From Tubulanus polymorphus (taxonomy: Eukaryota; Animalia; Nemertea): 64,000 bases of DNA. The notes under the pieces are model-generated. The model had not been told where the DNA came from. It saw only the letters and a program-made list of their open reading frames with translations, and searched no databases. The translations under genes were made by a program, and so were the position numbers. The stretch covers positions 13,950,001 through 14,014,000 of the forward strand of contig NC_134025.1 of assembly GCF_964204645.1 (NCBI RefSeq), written 5' to 3'. The stretch's first letter is position 1; each line of letters starts with the position of its first letter. Of this stretch, positions 61,150 through 64,000 are shown piece by piece.

Positions 61150-61824
61150 ATGGAACCAGAACAACCACAAACTATCAATATTACAAATAACACTGGTGTT
61201 ATAAATATATACTACAAGAAGTGTTTTAAATGTGAATTAGATAAATCATTAACATAATTTAGTAAGCGTAAGATTAGCAAAGATGGTTTTCAATATTGTT
61301 GTAAAACTTGCACTAAACTATATACCAAACAATATCGAGAAGATAATAGAGAATCTTATAATGATTATATGACAGAATATATGAAAGAAAGATATCAAAC
61401 AGATCTTTATTTTAGATTGAAACAATGCTTAAGATCTAGATTAACACAATTATTCAACAAAGAAACACATTCAGAAACACTATCTAATTTATTGGGTTGT
61501 TCAGATGAATTTCTCAAATCATGGATAATATATCAATTCGATGATAAAATGAATATAGATAATTATGGGGATTATTACCATATTGATCACGTGTTACCAA
61601 TATCTAAATTTAACATGAATGATGAATACAATAAAAAACTTATTTGGGGTTGGAAAAATTTAAGACCTTTAGAAAAGAAAGAAAATCAAATCAAATCTAA
61701 TAAACTAGATTTACAGTTATATTTAGAACAGTTAACAAAAGCAAAGAAATTTATTGAACAATGGAATAATAATCCAAATAATGAACAATACGTTGAGGAA
61801 TTTGATATCAAGGATCCGAAATGA
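61150..61824 (+). pseudogene. HNH-like endonuclease of element 3 with an in-frame TAA (~61254); 151-aa C-terminal ORF open
   Basis: Homologous to 58097-58765. Confidence 0.8.
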
Positions 61825-62128
61825 CTTATCTGGACAGTTATAGTTACTGCTCCTAATAGATAGACAATAGTAGTAAGATATTAAATCCTAATTTAAATAA
61901 AATATAATAAAAAAACAATAACTTCAACTAGCTAGTGAATTCTATTATATTTTTAATATTTTCTTTTCAAAAAGAGAATACTTTATATTTTGAATAGATC
62001 CGAATAGAAATTCTTTAAATTCAAATAGCTAGTATCAGTAGTCAATACTAGAATTCTTTAACTTTAACTAGCTAGTATCATTTGAAGAATACTTATAATA
62101 TTTTTTTTGCTTTTTTTCTCTAATATAA

Positions 62129-62731
62129 ATGTCAAAGAAATCTAATAAGAATAGTATTGATATTGAAAAAACATTAGATGATTTAGGTATTAGTGATAAT
62201 AAAGATACAGTTGTTTCTAATTCTATTCAAGTTAATAACAATATAGATTATGAATACTATTTATATTGTAAGCATCATCTAGAACTATTGATTGCCGGTG
62301 GAAAAACTAAAGAGTTTTTAACTAAGACTATTACTTTTCAAGAATTAGATGCTATGAAACCCGATAAAGTAATAAAATATTTTAAGATTTATGAAGAGGC
62401 AAGATTATCTAAAATAAATGATTCTATTTCGAATGGTATTGTCAAATGTTATTCTAAGTTATGTAACCAGTTAATACCAATTGATGATGAAAATAAATTA
62501 TATAATGATTTGAAAAATGACTATTTAGTTATGACTGAATTACAAAAATGGGTTGGTTACGCTTCATTTCAATTAGGATCGGTTATGACATTAATTTCTA
62601 CTGGTGTCATAACATTTTCGAACATCAAGCCTATGGAATATAAATCAGGTAAGAACGAAACAGATGTACTACAACCAAACATCGAAACAGAAGATGAATC
62701 AGAACAAAAATTAACTAAAATAAATGAGTGA
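62129..62731 (+). CDS. Polinton hypothetical protein, 200 aa
   Basis: Homolog of 53382-53978. Confidence 0.8.
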   Translation: MSKKSNKNSIDIEKTLDDLGISDNKDTVVSNSIQVNNNIDYEYYLYCKHHLELLIAGGKTKEFLTKTITFQELDAMKPDKVIKYFKIYEEARLSKINDSISNGIVKCYSKLCNQLIPIDDENKLYNDLKNDYLVMTELQKWVGYASFQLGSVMTLISTGVITFSNIKPMEYKSGKNETDVLQPNIETEDESEQKLTKINE

Positions 62732-63119
62732 TGGAGTTAAGAAAAAGGCTAGATCCGAGAAACAAATTAAATGGGCAAGAGAATTAGGTAAAAGATCTTC
62801 AGAATTAAAAAAAGCTAAGAAAAAGAAATTAACTGATATAAATGAATCACAGAAATTATCTGATGGTGCCGTACGGCACCCACACGGTGGTATTGATTCA
62901 AATAATAATCCATCTAATTCTTCTAATAGTGGAAGAAATAATTACTTATATATTACAATTGGGTTAATCACAATTATTATATTCTCCGGTGTAATATATA
63001 AATCAAAATTCAAATCTGATGATAAAGATGATTCCAATGATGATAAACCTATCATACCCGAAAATAAGTCAAATCATAAATCAAATGAAAATAAATCTAA
63101 AATATTATTAATGGATTAA
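62724..63119 (+). CDS. Basic single-TM protein, 131 aa
   Basis: RSEKQIKWARELG basic N-terminus; TM YLYITIGLITIIIFSGVIY; TAAATG start. Confidence 0.75.
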   Translation: MSDGVKKKARSEKQIKWARELGKRSSELKKAKKKKLTDINESQKLSDGAVRHPHGGIDSNNNPSNSSNSGRNNYLYITIGLITIIIFSGVIYKSKFKSDDKDDSNDDKPIIPENKSNHKSNENKSKILLMD

Positions 63120-63122
63120 AAT

Positions 63123-64000
63123 ATGATGAAAAAAGAACAATATTTAAGAGATTTATATTATAACCCAGAAAGTGAAGTTTCATATTCAAGTGTTTCGGAA
63201 TTATGGGATAAAATTAAATCTGATAAAGAAAATGGTGCCGTATGGCACCCACATGGTGACATAAAATATAGTGAATTAAAATCATGGTTACAAAATCAAC
63301 CCACATATCAAATTCATAAAAAGATGGATAAAAAATATTTAACAAGAAAAGTAATGGTTTCATATATTGACCAACAATGGCAAGCTGATTTAATTGATAT
63401 GAAAAACTTAGAAGAATATAACAAAGGATATTTTTGGATACTAAATGTTATAGATATATTCAGTAGATACGCATGGAGTATCCCGATTAAAAATAAAACT
63501 GGTATAGAAGTTACAAATTCTTTCAAATTAATATTTAAAGAAGCTATCCCAGATAAAATACAATTTGATGAAGGTAAAGAATTTTATAACAAACATTTCA
63601 AAAAACTATTATCTGATAACGATGTAGAATATTTTTCAACACATTCAGATAAAAAAGCATCCGTTATAGAAAGATTTAATAAAACATTGAAAACTAGAAT
63701 GTGGAAATATTTCACCGCTAATGAAACATATAAATATATCGATGTGTTAGATGATTTAGTTAAAGGTTATAATAATTCTAAACATAATTCTATAAATATG
63801 AAACCTATACAAGCTAGAAAAGAAGAAAATTCAGAAATAGTTTGGAATAATTTATATGGTGCGTTTGTTACACATGATTTTGGAGAACCTAAATTTAAAA
63901 TAGGACAACATGTTAGAATTTCTAAATATCGAAAAACATTTTATAAAGGTTATACCCCTAATTTTACTGAAGAAATATTTAAAATTAAAAAGATAATATT
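63123..64000 (+). CDS. rve integrase of element 3, open to the window edge
   Basis: WQADLIDM, DIFSRYAW, QFDEGKEF, ASVIERFNKTLK; lacks the frameshifts seen in element 1. Confidence 0.9.
   Translation, partial: MMKKEQYLRDLYYNPESEVSYSSVSELWDKIKSDKENGAVWHPHGDIKYSELKSWLQNQPTYQIHKKMDKKYLTRKVMVSYIDQQWQADLIDMKNLEEYNKGYFWILNVIDIFSRYAWSIPIKNKTGIEVTNSFKLIFKEAIPDKIQFDEGKEFYNKHFKKLLSDNDVEYFSTHSDKKASVIERFNKTLKTRMWKYFTANETYKYIDVLDDLVKGYNNSKHNSINMKPIQARKEENSEIVWNNLYGAFVTHDFGEPKFKIGQHVRISKYRKTFYKGYTPNFTEEIFKIKKII

Larger units (their letters stand above)
59119..64000. mobile_element. Polinton element 3 (integrase arm reading on +), runs off the window
   Basis: 269-bp terminal palindrome 59119-59387; ~60000-64000 is the reverse-complement homolog of ~52160-56770. 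Confidence 0.92.

Noticed and set aside
39088-64000. Contaminating viral or bacterial contig
   Set aside because: The exact 6-bp TSD inside a LINE ORF1 that continues after the insertion, plus inactivating mutations, show true integration.

Overview
AT-rich animal (invertebrate-like) nuclear DNA, almost entirely nested mobile elements. The only host gene I can support is COQ6 on the minus strand: exon 1 at 38200-38527, exon 2 at 14843-14980, exon 3 at 14683-14741; later exons were not found in the window. Its introns hold a decayed Harbinger transposon, Kolobok-, MULE-, hAT5- and Sola-like non-autonomous elements, Helentron-type HINEs, an ORF1-only LINE and a deleted Gypsy. Just upstream of COQ6, an L1/Tx1-like ORF1 is split by a complete 18.2-kb Polinton/Maverick provirus (39088-57313, 6-bp TSD ATCTTC). 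It encodes pPolB, minor and major capsid proteins, an A32-like ATPase, an integrase, an HNH nuclease and several membrane proteins, but no visible protease. Two more related elements start at 57682 and 59119. Main findings: (1) the provirus carries poxvirus-style early, intermediate and late promoter motifs, suggesting a helper-dependent, virophage-like lifestyle; (2) its termini are 269-bp co-varying hairpins; (3) a 24-27-bp GC-rich palindrome is present or absent at three sites between copies and inserts in frame into viral genes. All family assignments come from motif recognition by eye, not database searches.
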